A stretch of 63,380 bases of DNA from Chrysochromulina tobinii (lineage: Eukaryota), in the NCBI GenBank assembly GCA_001275005.1, contig JWZX01003286.1, positions 1 through 63,380 on the forward strand. The letters are read 5' to 3'. This document shows, piece by piece, positions 37,557 to 48,432 of the stretch. Position numbers and translations under genes: made by a program. The first letter of the stretch is position 1. Every line of letters begins with the position of its first letter. The notes beneath the pieces were generated by a model. That model was not told where the DNA came from. It saw nothing but the letters and a program-made list of their open reading frames with translations, and did no database searches.

Positions 37557-40376
37557 ATGGGCGCCTGCTGCTCCAGCGCACCCGCACTGCCCGAGGATGC
37601 CCGAGGATGGTGGATCCTCCAGCGTGGGCGAGGCCGCTTCGTCCGCACCATCTCGATGCCTTTTTGGGGGCGCATCTTCGTGCCCGTCGTCGTGGTCCAA
37701 ATGATAGTGCTCATCACCTTGAACACTGTGGTCGCCGTGCTGCTGAACGACTGCCTCGCAACGATGCTGACGGTGCTGTCGTCCCTCGGGACTGTCTTCA
37801 TGACCTACTTTGCTGTCGAGGCCGTGCGCACGGACAACATCTACCAGTGAGCGCTCGCCCCGCGCCCGACACGTGCCCAAGGCCAGTCTTCGCACCAAAG
37901 CACCAAAACGTGTGTGCCTCGCGCAGGTTGGCCGCGTACGCCGGCGCCTCGATCGCCTTCGTCGCCGCCTACGTGCCTTCGATTATCGGCAACGACGGGG
38001 CCACTCAGTACTTCAACGAGCACCTGCCCAAGACGACAATGAACGAGGTTCACCTTCTCTCGTTCATCTCGATTTGTGTGGCGTGCTCACTGCAGCTGTG
38101 CGCGCTCGCCCTCCCCCCATCCCCCCCCGCCCCCCATCCCCACCCCTGCCGCGCGCTACTCCTCTGCGCCCTGGCGACGCGCACGCGCACGCATGCTCGC
38201 GCTCGGGCGGCGGCCGGGGTGACTGCGTGGAAGAATTATGCGTGAACGGAGGCGTGACACCTGCCTTGCGCGGTGGTGCGCCCGTGCCGTAATTGGGATC
38301 ATCCTATCCAACAGCTGACCGACGCCGATCCGCTCTCCTCACACCCTTCCTCCTCACCTCTGTGATGGCATTCTGCTCCTTCCTAAGCTGACCCCCTCCC
38401 ATGGCTCATCTCGGATATAATCTCGGATATAATCTCGGATATAATCTCGGATGGGCTGTCCCCGCTCCCTCCTCTGTTCCCTCTCGCTCCCATCCCTGAC
38501 GCCCACTCTATCTCGCGCAGGCTCGGCTTCGGCCTCGCCATTCTCACCTACTGCCACCGCGAGCGCGTGCCCGGCTTCGGCATGCGCACGTACAAGAAGG
38601 TGGGCGCCGACCCCGCCCTGCTCGCATGCTACCAGCGCTACCAGCAGTTCTGCTCCTTCCTCAAGCTCGACTGGCTCTTCCAGATAGCTCTCGTTGGGAT
38701 TGCGGTCTTGGGTCTCACCGAGGGCGAGTGGCAGTGGTGGATCACCGTGGGCGTCCAGCTGCCCTACACGCTCCTCTGGTTGCCGTGGGGGTTAATCGCG
38801 GTGCGGCGCGAGTCTTCAGTGCTCATCGGACTCCTTTTGGTCGCCGCGTGCGCACAGCCACCGCTCTATGCCGTGCTACTGGTGACGCATAGGCCGCCGT
38901 TCGAGCCTCCGTCGCCACCGCCATTGCCGCCGTCGCCGCCGCCATTGCTGCCGCCGGTGCTGCCGCCGCCGCCGCTGCCGCCGTTGCTTTCGCTGCCGCT
39001 GCAGCTGCCCTCGGCATTCCCCACAGTCGCCTCGCTGCCCTCTGCCGCAGCTGCCTCGTCGGCATTCCCCACAGTCGCCTCGACGGCAGAGGTGTCGCGC
39101 TCCATCCGCGGTGGCTGGCGCGCCATCCACGCCTCCGCGATTGACGAAATGGACGAAATTGACAAACCTGACGGTGGCTGGGGCGCCGTCGCCGCCTCCG
39201 CCGTCCCCACCGTCGGCGCGGCCGCCGCCACTGCCGGCTTCGGCCAATCGACGGATATGGGCCTCGGCCACCTTCAGTTTCGTCAATTACGTCAGTTACG
39301 CCAATCGACGAATACGGGCCTCGGCCAAACTACGCCGTCCTTGGCGCAGTGCACGTTGCGACTTCGGCGGAGCACATTCCCCTTTGCATCCGTCGGTCTC
39401 GACTTGCTGTACGGGATCGCGCTGCTGAGCCGCTTGCTCACTGTCATCTTCGGGGTCCTGGCGTGGCGCAACTTTGGCAAGGGACTCGCGGTGCGCGTGC
39501 ACCGTGGCCGAGGCGACGACGACGCTCCGTCCGCGCTCCTCCTCAGCCACGGCTCCGCACCAGTGCCGAGTGAGGGCAGTTATATGATGGCGCATCCGGA
39601 CGGCGTGTCGTGCGGCGTGCATCGAACAAGCTCGTGTGGCAGCAGCTACGCCGCCGGCGGTAGCAGCTACAGGGCGTCTTCACTTGTTCGGATGCTCTCT
39701 TGCGGCGCTCTCTCGTCGCAGCCTTCCGAGCTGCGGGACGACCCTCATCGGGACGACTCTGCCTGTCCGGGCGCGCGATCGGATCTGCAGCCGATGCTGA
39801 CGCTAGGGAGTCGGGCGAGCACACGCGGCAGCCAAACCTCCGAGGTGCGCGCCTCCTTGATGGGAGATTTGGTGGAGATGGATGGGGAGAGGGAGATTGA
39901 TTCGGAGATATGGGAGCTGAGGGAGATTGAGGGAGATTGAGGCGCCTCCTTGAGGGCTCTTCGTCGTGCGCCTCAATCTCATGCTCGGAGATCGCATCTC
40001 GAATCTCGAGATCGCATCGCATCCCTCGCAGGTGCGCGGCTCGATCGACCGCAGCGTGAGCTGGGCCAACGGCGACCCCGATGCTCCCCCTGACGCCCAG
40101 AACGACGGGCCCGCCGATGGCCGCACTTCGCTCCGCGATGTTGGTTCCTTCGACCGCGACATGGACCGCGACACGGACCCATACAACGGCGGCGGCGACG
40201 GCTATAGCCCGCGCGCGGCGAGGATGCTCCTGGCGCTTGCCGCCGACGAGGGATCTCCGCAGCAGCAGGGGCTGGCCTCGTTCTACTCCACCCTGCCAAA
40301 CCTAACACAACTCAGCCGAGGAGCGTCGCTCACGGAGAGATTCGACGAGGTGGGACGTGAGCGGTCAAAAGTGTGA
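37557..40376 (+). CDS. Multi-exon multi-pass membrane protein with a Pro-rich loop
   Basis: TM segments in 37557-37846, 37928-~38100 and 38521-39843 (FGMRTYKKVGADP, LKLDWLFQ, AWRNFGKGL). Last exon ~40032-40376. Confidence 0.65.
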
Positions 40377-40455
40377 GGGGGCGATCGCCCTGTAACAACA
40401 CGTTCACACCACAGAAACTACTGTACGTTTCAATCTATAGGGATTTTTGGAGTGA

Positions 40456-41116
40456 ATGCGGGCCCTGGCGATGGCGATCATCATCTCGATCGTCACGGCG
40501 GATACCGACCTGACCTTGCACAAGGCCCTCAAGGCGAGGATGTCCGATGAGGATTTGCTGCAGCTCATCAATCTCGAGGCATGCCAAGCGAAGGACCCAA
40601 ACGGGATGACGCCTCTGCACATTGCGGCAGCGTGGAAAGCGTCCGAAGATGTGATTGCGAAGCTGATCGAGGTGTGGCCGGAGGCGCTGAAAGTTCCACG
40701 ATTCGGTCCTGGGGGTGCTGCCACTACATTTGGCGCCTAGGGACAGTGCGTCTGACGCTGCGGTCCTTCAGATGCTGAAGGCCTACCCGGCTGCTGCCTC
40801 GGAACAGGACGCGGATGGCAACATGCCGCTGCACCGGTCGATTGTCCAGAAGGCTTCGGAGCGCACCATCTTGCGACTCCTCAAAGCCAATCCGGCCGCC
40901 GTCTCGCACCCGAATCACGCGCTCGATCTGCCTCTCCATATGGCCGCTGAGAACAAGCCGTCGGACGTTGTGATCAACAGGTTAGTTGACGGGTTTCCAG
41001 AGGGTCTGAAGACACAGAGCGGCAGTGGCCACGTGCCTTCCGCCCTGGCGCACGATGAGCGAGTCAAGGCAGCCCTGGAGCGGGCCAAGGCGCGACTGCC
41101 AAAAGACGAGGTGTAG
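40456..41116 (+). CDS. Ankyrin-repeat protein with a signal-like N-terminus; apparent frameshift near 40692
   Basis: GMTPLHIAA, GVLPLHLA, GNMPLHRS, LDLPLHMAA. Removing one A from ctgaaagtt fuses the two ORFs. Confidence 0.8.
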
Positions 41117-41590
41117 ACTTGTGAGGACGGAGAGACGGTCTCTGCATTGGCATCGCTGGCGCGACGGCGGCTTGGTTATCCGATACATGACAAGCTTGCT
41201 CTTCTTGCGTCGCAGAGGCCCACTCGAGGCTCTTGTAACTAACTTAGATTCAGGATGTAGGCTGCTGCGCTCGCCTTTTTCAGGGTTATCTATACTTGAA
41301 ATTGATATACTAGCTAGCAGCTCGGTCAAGTCATTAAGCGCAAGTCGCTCAACACTCAGTCAACTATCTCATCTCTCAAGTCTGAAGTCAAGTCAATGAT
41401 ACATGATACACAAGATGTGTGATAAGGGCATCATGCAAGATGGTAGGAGAACAAAATCAAGAGAAAATCTCAACATTTTCTTCAACAGACGCCGCAACCA
41501 TAGGAAGGTCTCACCCACAGAGTGCTGGCCAGCATGCTGGCCAAGAGTGGCCGCTTGCGGGCGGACACCTGCTATCCGCTAGCCTCCCCG

Positions 41591-42955
41591 CTAGCGCATG
41601 CAGCTTCGCGATGCGTTTGGCCATCTTGGATCGCCCTTGTACAACCATCTTGGTTCGATAATGGGTTCCCCTGTCAAATGATTGATAATGGGTTCACCTG
41701 TCGAATGATTGATGGACCACCCTGTCAAATACACGGGGAAGCCTCGCAGAACGAGGGGTACGCTCCGCAAGTTCAACCGGAAAGACTTCAGGCCCTCTGC
41801 TCCAAACGAGGGGCTTCCCGATTGGAACAGAGGACTGTGCATGCGTTTTGTTGGCAACGGCCGTATTCTCATCCGCCCTCTGCTCCAAACCGTATTCTCA
41901 TCGACAGTGCCGTCGCCGAAGCCGGAATTGTTGCAAAGGGCGGCGTACGCAGGGTTTCCAGCGACGTTCGGCTTGTTCGGAACCTCGCATGGCAGATTCA
42001 AGCCGCGAGTGATGTTGGATGAGATCGTCATCAAAATATGGGAAAGCAAGACAGTGTATTCTTGCTCTCTCTCGGAGAGTGTGCGATTTGGGACGGTTGC
42101 CTCGAAGAAACGGTGCTCCGCGAAGTACGCCGCTCCAAAACGCCGTGGTACCAGCGCGAACTGGTCGTCGGGTATCATGAAGCATCCTCCACAGGACGCG
42201 CAGCGCAGGTGGTATGCGGATTGCGCCTGCTCGGAGAACCAAAACGCGTTCGGATCAAAGCACAAATCCCGTGCGCGCAGAGAGACGGCATTGCGCTCGA
42301 GGAGCGCCTCAACGGGGAAGGGCTGGATCCAAAAGAGATCCGGGCGCGCAAAGAGAAAAAAGTCGTAGACACTCGAGCCCGGGGCACATATAGACTCGCT
42401 CCAGCGAAGTGCTGCTTTGCTCGCGTGCTGCCCTCTTTGCAGTAAGGCAGTGACCTCGGCCGAAGTCTGGTCTCGCAGCTTTGGCACGCAAGCGAGCTCT
42501 CGTTGCAGCGCGCGTTGAAAGCATTCGGCTTCTCGTTGGAAGCCTGCAAAGCTTCGGCCTTGCTGGCGAAGCTGGAGATCCCCAACAGCGGACAGATGCA
42601 CCACGCGCAGGCCCGTGAGGACGTTGCTCTTCAACTCTGTGGGCAGATCCTTATCGAGGCACATGATTGTCTCGACCAGCACCCCAGAGGCCGCTAGAGG
42701 CTCAATGAGGTGCTCACGCATGCTCCTCCACGTCTGGTTGAATGAACGGTACGAGCCAAGGACAAGAGCGCACACCTGTAGGGGCTTGCATCTGTGATTC
42801 TGTGCATGGGCCGCGTGATCTGACTGCTTGTGTGCATTGACTGCCGGCCCTTGGTCTAGGGTGGGTGGGCGGGAAAGATAGTCCTCATCGAAGAAAGGGT
42901 TGCCCGGAGCAGGCGCCGGGATGACGACAGACAGAAGTGGGGCTGGAGCAGCCAT
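41591..42955 (-). CDS. Putative glycosyltransferase-like protein (GxxR...YD..RPD family)
   Basis: VCALVLGSYRSFNQTWRSMREHLIEPL, YDFFLFARPDLFW, PDDQFALVPR. Confidence 0.55.
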   Translation of the reverse strand: MAAPAPLLSVVIPAPAPGNPFFDEDYLSRPPTLDQGPAVNAHKQSDHAAHAQNHRCKPLQVCALVLGSYRSFNQTWRSMREHLIEPLAASGVLVETIMCLDKDLPTELKSNVLTGLRVVHLSAVGDLQLRQQGRSFAGFQREAECFQRALQRELACVPKLRDQTSAEVTALLQRGQHASKAALRWSESICAPGSSVYDFFLFARPDLFWIQPFPVEALLERNAVSLRARDLCFDPNAFWFSEQAQSAYHLRCASCGGCFMIPDDQFALVPRRFGAAYFAEHRFFEATVPNRTLSEREQEYTVLLSHILMTISSNITRGLNLPCEVPNKPNVAGNPAYAALCNNSGFGDGTVDENTVWSRGRMRIRPLPTKRMHSPLFQSGSPSFGAEGLKSFRLNLRSVPLVLRGFPVYLTGWSINHSTGEPIINHLTGEPIIEPRWLYKGDPRWPNASRSCMR

Positions 42956-42990
42956 TTTATTTGAAACAACTAACGATCGTAACTCAAATC

Positions 42991-43015
42991 AAGTCAAGTC
43001 AAGTCAAGTCAAGTC
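42991..43015. repeat. (AAGTC)5 intergenic pentamer; shorter copies near 31299 (reverse) and 41385
   Basis: Direct sequence. Confidence 0.85.
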
Positions 43016-43093
43016 CGTGAATTGCATTGCATGCACACACAGAAATGGCAGTGATGCGAAACTGATGCGAAGAAGCACGGTTGCGAACCCAAC

Positions 43094-43975
43094 TTGGAGC
43101 CTCTCTTGTGGACTCTCTCGCATTCTGCGGCTCACTGCGGCATGTCCACATCGTGCGCTAGCGTCTTCTCGCCGAAGCTCGTTGCCCCAAAGGCACGCCC
43201 CATGGACAACATGCGGCCATGTGAGTGCGGTAAAACTTGCCCGGCTCTCTCGAATGATACGGCAACGTCGCTCCTGCTGCCAATGCCGATTGCGATGATC
43301 ATCTCTAACCAGCACAAATGCTTCGAGCGGGCGAGAGCTCAAGCCATCCGCGGCGGCTTTGATGGCAACCGCGTGCATCGCGTGCCTGCTGAATTCGTGG
43401 ACGACAACGAGACGGTCCTCGCATGCTGCCCAAGGGGCAAATGTGGCCAAGGACGAAGGTCGAAGCCGTCGCGCAGATCCCACATCGATGGCATCGCACG
43501 CGCGCATCGGCGGGCGTGGAAGTACGTGGGAGCTGTGGCGATGCCGGCCGTCATATTCGAGGATGATATAGAATACATCGGCGAGCCGGCTGACAGCGCA
43601 TATGCAGTCCGTCGGTGCCTCGTCGCGGGCAGCTGTGACGCCGCATACCTCGGCGTCGCTGTGAACTCGTGGCTGCTCTCGCATGCATACCTGGTCACGC
43701 CACGCGCTGCCTCGCTCCTCCTCAACCTCACCAGGGAGCAATGCAACTTCCACGGGCAAGACTACACGCTTCAGGCCCTCTGCACCGGTGGGGCGAAGCG
43801 CGTGCACCTCGACTGCCATCTCCCACCCCGGGGCGCGTATCGACGAGATATGGTGGGGTGGGGCCTTTTTGTCCAAAACCAGCGCCGAGTGCCCTCGTAC
43901 ATGCGGCTCGTCAACGACGCGCGCGGCCACAGCAATTACTCGCGCGAGCAGGCTGAGAATTTCATGCGGTGTTGA
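43094..43975 (+). CDS. Glycosyltransferase family 25-like protein
   Basis: GIARAHRRAWKY, AVIFEDD, SHAYLVTPRAASLLL, GLFVQ. Confidence 0.65.
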   Translation: MEPLLWTLSHSAAHCGMSTSCASVFSPKLVAPKARPMDNMRPCECGKTCPALSNDTATSLLLPMPIAMIISNQHKCFERARAQAIRGGFDGNRVHRVPAEFVDDNETVLACCPRGKCGQGRRSKPSRRSHIDGIARAHRRAWKYVGAVAMPAVIFEDDIEYIGEPADSAYAVRRCLVAGSCDAAYLGVAVNSWLLSHAYLVTPRAASLLLNLTREQCNFHGQDYTLQALCTGGAKRVHLDCHLPPRGAYRRDMVGWGLFVQNQRRVPSYMRLVNDARGHSNYSREQAENFMRC

Positions 43976-44680
43976 ACACCTTTGATTCGTGAACGGACGT
44001 CGGAAACGAGTACTGCGGAAACGGAATACTGCCGACGATACTAAAACGCGGCTCGCCAGACTTTCGCTTCCGATCTGGATCAAAATGTTGACGACGTGAC
44101 AATAATCAATTTCTTCGTGCGCGGGCAACCCAAGAGCGCGATAACGTAATAGGAATAGCGATCGTGTTAACCTACGGTGGCCGATGCCCCCGTGACTGTG
44201 CCGCTGTCAGTTGCGTTGCGCGGTTGTCCCGCGTCGGCCGCTGTCCGCAGGATCCCGCGGATCCATCATCATGTGGACGCCGATGTTACCGCGGCCGATG
44301 TGCATTTATGATTTAATTGCACCGAGCCGATGTGAACCCCTATAAAACGTACAAATCTCGCAAATGCTCGACCTCGAGGTCGAGCATATTGCTCGGTAAT
44401 GTGTCTTTAGTATTTTTTATAGCAGCTATATCGTTGTTCACGCCAGCGCGTCCTCGTACACCTCGAGTCACCAGTCGGCGTCCACGCGCAAGCCGCAGCT
44501 CAAGCGTGCGGCCGCTCTGGCCCTTTGGCCTAGGTCCGCCCCCCGCGCGCCTCTCTCGTCCGAGATCATCCAAGAACGAAAAAGAACGAAACCTGGGCTG
44601 TATCTCGGCTGCATCTCTGCCTCTCCGTCGAGCTGTGCATGTCCGTGCCACTCCGAGTGCGTGCGCGCTCAGCTGTACGC

Positions 44681-47135
44681 TCAGTCGCAGAAGAGCGTAC
44701 AGCTGAGGCCCGCGTCCGGCGGGCACGCGCAGCTCCATCCATGGGATGCAAAGAGCTGCCCACGCACGCGAAGCAGCCGAGCTCGGTTGCGCTGTGTGGC
44801 CGTCTCCGGAGTGGAGAACGGCCAGGGCGCGCCCGAGGCGGAGGCGCGAAACGAGACCGACGAGCCCGCAATCACGAACTCGATTTCGTCCGTCACAACC
44901 GGAAGGCCCAGCGGCCCAGCGGCGAACTGCGCGGTCACACGTCGGGCGCCGTTGGCAGCAGAGGCCACGCGAATCTCAGTGCCTCCCTCGGATCGAAGCG
45001 CCCTTTGGAGCTGAACCGCCGCGGCGTCCGCGCCAAGCGAACTCGGGACTGTCCAGGGCACCATGTACGCGGTGCGCGCCGCCGTGGCCATCGCCCTATC
45101 CGACTGCAGGCAGCCGGGCTCGCTGGGCTTGCACGCACGCGGCGCGATCGAGACGCCCGACACGGCGCTCGCGCTGCCGCCCTGCGCGCCAGCACCGCCC
45201 GACACGGCGCCGCCCGACACGGCGCCCGCCAACAGCGCGGCCGTTGGCGGCGGAGGCGGCGTCATAAAGTAGGCGGGCGGCGCGGGCGGATTGAAGCCGA
45301 AGAGCCCTCCGAGCGCTTCGAACTGCGCCTTGCGTGCGGACTCGAAGTAATTCTTCTCATTCCGATCGGCACGCGCGCGCTGAAGCGACGCTTCGAGGGC
45401 CGCACTCCCGCTCGATGACGCACCTGCATGCAATGAGGGAGGCCATCAGTGGCCATCAGTGGCCATCAGTGGCCATCAGCGGCCATCAGTGGCCATCAGA
45501 GGACGCACCTGCCCAATTAGCGGGCGGAGGCGGTAATCAGTGGCAATCAGTTGGCAATCATTTGCAATCAGAGGAAGTACCTGCCCAATTAGCGGGCGGA
45601 GGCGGCGGCGACGGAGCGAGGCTACTTGAACGCTTTACAGCGAACGCATCGGGGCGCACGCCGAAAAAGGTACCCACGCCCTCCGCACCAGCCCCTGCCC
45701 GGGGCAGTACTGCCGCCGCGTCCAGCGCATCGGCGGCGGGTGGCGGCAGCGGCGGCGGCTGTGAATAGAAGACCGGAGGTGGGAGCGGCGGTCGCAAACC
45801 CAGCATAGCTCCAACGGCTTCGAACTGCGCCTCACGCGCCGCTCGGAAGTAATCAAAGGGCGCCGCCGGCGGCGGCGGAGTGATGTCGCCTGTGACGAAA
45901 GGGGCAGCCGAAAAGTCAGTGGCTCTCAAGTGCAATCAGCTCAAGTGCAATCAGCTCAAGTGCAATCAGCTCAAGTGCAATCAGCTCAAGTGCAATCAGC
46001 TCAAGTGCAATCAGCTCAAGTGCAATCAGCTCAAGTGCAATCAGCTCAAGTGCAATCAGCTCAAGTGCAATCAGCTCAAGCGCAACGCTGGGCCGTCACC
46101 AGCGACAGAAGGGCCACCGAAGAGACCACCAATGGCCTTGAACTGCGCCCGCCGCGCCGCGTCGAAATAGCTCTCGCCCTCACGCCGTGTGTCCACAGGT
46201 GCCATGATCGCCACCGGCGCCGGCGTAGGGGGCGGAGCCGTCGCTGTGGGCACTGGCGTCGCAGCAGGCACTGGCGTCGCAGCAGGCTTCACGGTGAACG
46301 CATCGGGGCGAACGCCGAAAAAGGTACCCACGCCCTCCGCACCGGCCCCTGCCCGGGGCGGTACTCCTGGCACAGCTGTCGCAGCCAAGGGCGGTGGCAC
46401 GACGCGAAAGGAATCAGGTGAAAGGCCGAACAAGGTCGGGCCTTTTGATGTGGCCTGGCCGGGTGGTGTGAAGGTGGGCGGGCTCGCTTCCGGGGCGGCG
46501 GGTGGCGCGGGCCAGCTAGGAGTCGTGAATGTATCCGGCGACAGCCCAAAGAACGTTGGCGGCGATGGCTTGGGTGAGGGAGGTGTTGAGGGAGGTGTCA
46601 CGGGCGGCGGTGCGAGCTTAGGCATCGAGGGCGGTGATGGCAGAGTCAGCGCAGGCGCCGGCGGTGCGGAAAGCGGTGGCGCATGGGGCGGCGGAGGTGG
46701 AAGCGGCACCTGCGCAGGTGGTGCCACTAATGGCACCGTTGCAACCGTGTCGGCCAGGGCAGCCGGCTGCTTCTTGAGAAGAGTCCGAGCGGCGCGCTCC
46801 GAGTCGGCCTGCTCGTCCGCTGCGCGGCGCCGCCTCTCCACATCATCAAGAATGCGCTTGGTGTCTGGCAAGAGCTCGTCTCCGCCAAGATCGCTCAGAT
46901 ACTCGCGCAGCGAGATGCTGGCAAGCAGCTCGATCGGCAGCGACTGCACGACGACCTCGGACGGCGACGCGTGCGCCGGCAGTATAGGTGCGCCAAGCAC
47001 ACCGACAGATGCCGCGGCGGACCTCAGCCACGTCCGTCTAGACAGGCGAGGGTAGCTGAACGCGCTCGCGCCGCGCAAGCTGAGCACGAGCACCGCCAGT
47101 GCCGCGCCGCGCAGCGGCATTTCCCCTCGAAGCAT
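44681..47135 (-). CDS. Predicted plastid/thylakoid-lumen Pro-rich protein with a C-terminal DUF1499-like domain; introns 46099-45890 and 45580-45424
   Basis: Signal peptide ending ASA-F, then twin-Arg SRRTWLRSAAASV...PAHA. C-terminus TDEIEFVIAGSSVSFRASA...NRARLLRVRGQL. Confidence 0.62.
45925..46080 (-). repeat. Perfect intronic 15-nt tandem repeat, 10.4 copies (sense CTGATTGCACTTGAG)
   Basis: Direct sequence. Confidence 0.97.
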
Positions 47136-47274
47136 GGAGCACGCACACCACACTTTAGAGAGTGTGATGTTGAGCTCTGACTTTGGAGATTATCGATCCT
47201 CGCATGGAAGATTTTCTCGCGCGCTGAGGCGTACGTCGAAAATGTTAAGAACTCACTTCTCCGGGCGACTCCCG

Positions 47275-48162
47275 TCACCCCAACGACCAGCCAAAATGTG
47301 TCTGCGTAGTACTTCTCGGCGATGGTGGCGGCGATTGCGAATCGAGAGAAACGGCCACCACCGTCGCCGTCGCCGCCTCCGCTACCGCCGTCGCCGTCGC
47401 CGCCACCACCGTTGTTGTCGCCACCGTCGCCGCCTCCACCGCCGCCGGCACCGCTGCCGGCGTCGCCTTTCCGTGATGGCACGGCGCACCCATCGCGAGC
47501 GCGCCTTCCTCCTCGGCGCATGCCGCGCACTTGCAGATCTTGGTCTTGGCCTTGCCTTCGCGCTTGCTGCACCATGGGTCACAGCTTGCGAACGATGCGT
47601 TAGCCGGCCCGTCGCTCGCCTTCAAGTTGGACGAGAACGTGTCCGGGCTGCTGGCCGGAGCTGGAGGCTGTGGAGGTACAGGAGGAAGTGGTGGCACTGC
47701 CGCCGGTATTAAGGGGCTGGGGGGCACCATCGGCCCGCAAGCAAGTCCCTTGGCCTGGAGGTCTCCTTGCATGTACCAGCTTTTGTGGCATGGCTCCAGG
47801 CATCGGCACGAGTAGTTCCATTGACCAGTCGCTGCGTCCCTGATGGGGCACATGGTCGTATAGCCGTTGCCACAAGCGAACAACCCCGCACAGTGCCCCG
47901 CCACGGTCATGGTCGAGTTGTCGATGCACCCGAAGCGCCCGCCGCCTTTGGTGGAAAATTGTGCCCGCCCGTCTGGGTAGCAAGGCGTCGATTTGCTCGT
48001 CCGGCGGACCAGACGGACGAAGCAACCCGAATAGCCATTTCCCGTGGCTTCGGACTCCAGGGGTATGATCGAGTGTGCGCTGGTCGGCGGCGATAACCAG
48101 GAGAGCAGCCACCACAGACGAAGCGTCGGCGCTCTGCGCCTTCCTGACGAAGACTCCACCAT
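47275..48162 (-). CDS. Secreted Cys-rich/Pro-Thr-rich protein (DUF3011-like lectin-type segment)
   Basis: Hydrophobic leader LRLWWLLSWLSPPTSA; CFVRLVRRTSKSTPC...FGCIDNSTMTVAGHCAGLFAC; CDPWC...CKCAAC. Confidence 0.5.
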   Translation of the reverse strand: MVESSSGRRRAPTLRLWWLLSWLSPPTSAHSIIPLESEATGNGYSGCFVRLVRRTSKSTPCYPDGRAQFSTKGGGRFGCIDNSTMTVAGHCAGLFACGNGYTTMCPIRDAATGQWNYSCRCLEPCHKSWYMQGDLQAKGLACGPMVPPSPLIPAAVPPLPPVPPQPPAPASSPDTFSSNLKASDGPANASFASCDPWCSKREGKAKTKICKCAACAEEEGALAMGAPCHHGKATPAAVPAAVEAATVATTTVVAATATAVAEAATATVVAVSLDSQSPPPSPRSTTQTHFGWSLG

Positions 48163-48432
48163 TGTACCGGTAGCTTTAGCACCGTAAACGACGCGGCGCG
48201 AAACACGAAATTGCAATCCAGTAGTTTCCAATAAGTTAGCGTCGCGCGTCGTGACCCTTTACTTGTTGCCATGATCTCAAAACCCGAAAATCTCAACCCC
48301 GGTCCTTCTTGCTGACCTTTACGCGTACCTTTCAACTGACCCTTTCTCAAATTTCCCACAAGCGGATAACTTGAGTGCCCTGCAGCCTCGCCCCACGAAC
48401 TCGAGCGGAGGGGGTGGAACACGAGCTGACCC

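Noticed and set aside
41645..41735. 27-nt tandem repeat
   Set aside because: A small in-frame duplication (INHSTGEPI/INHLTGEPI) at a protein C-terminus; unremarkable.
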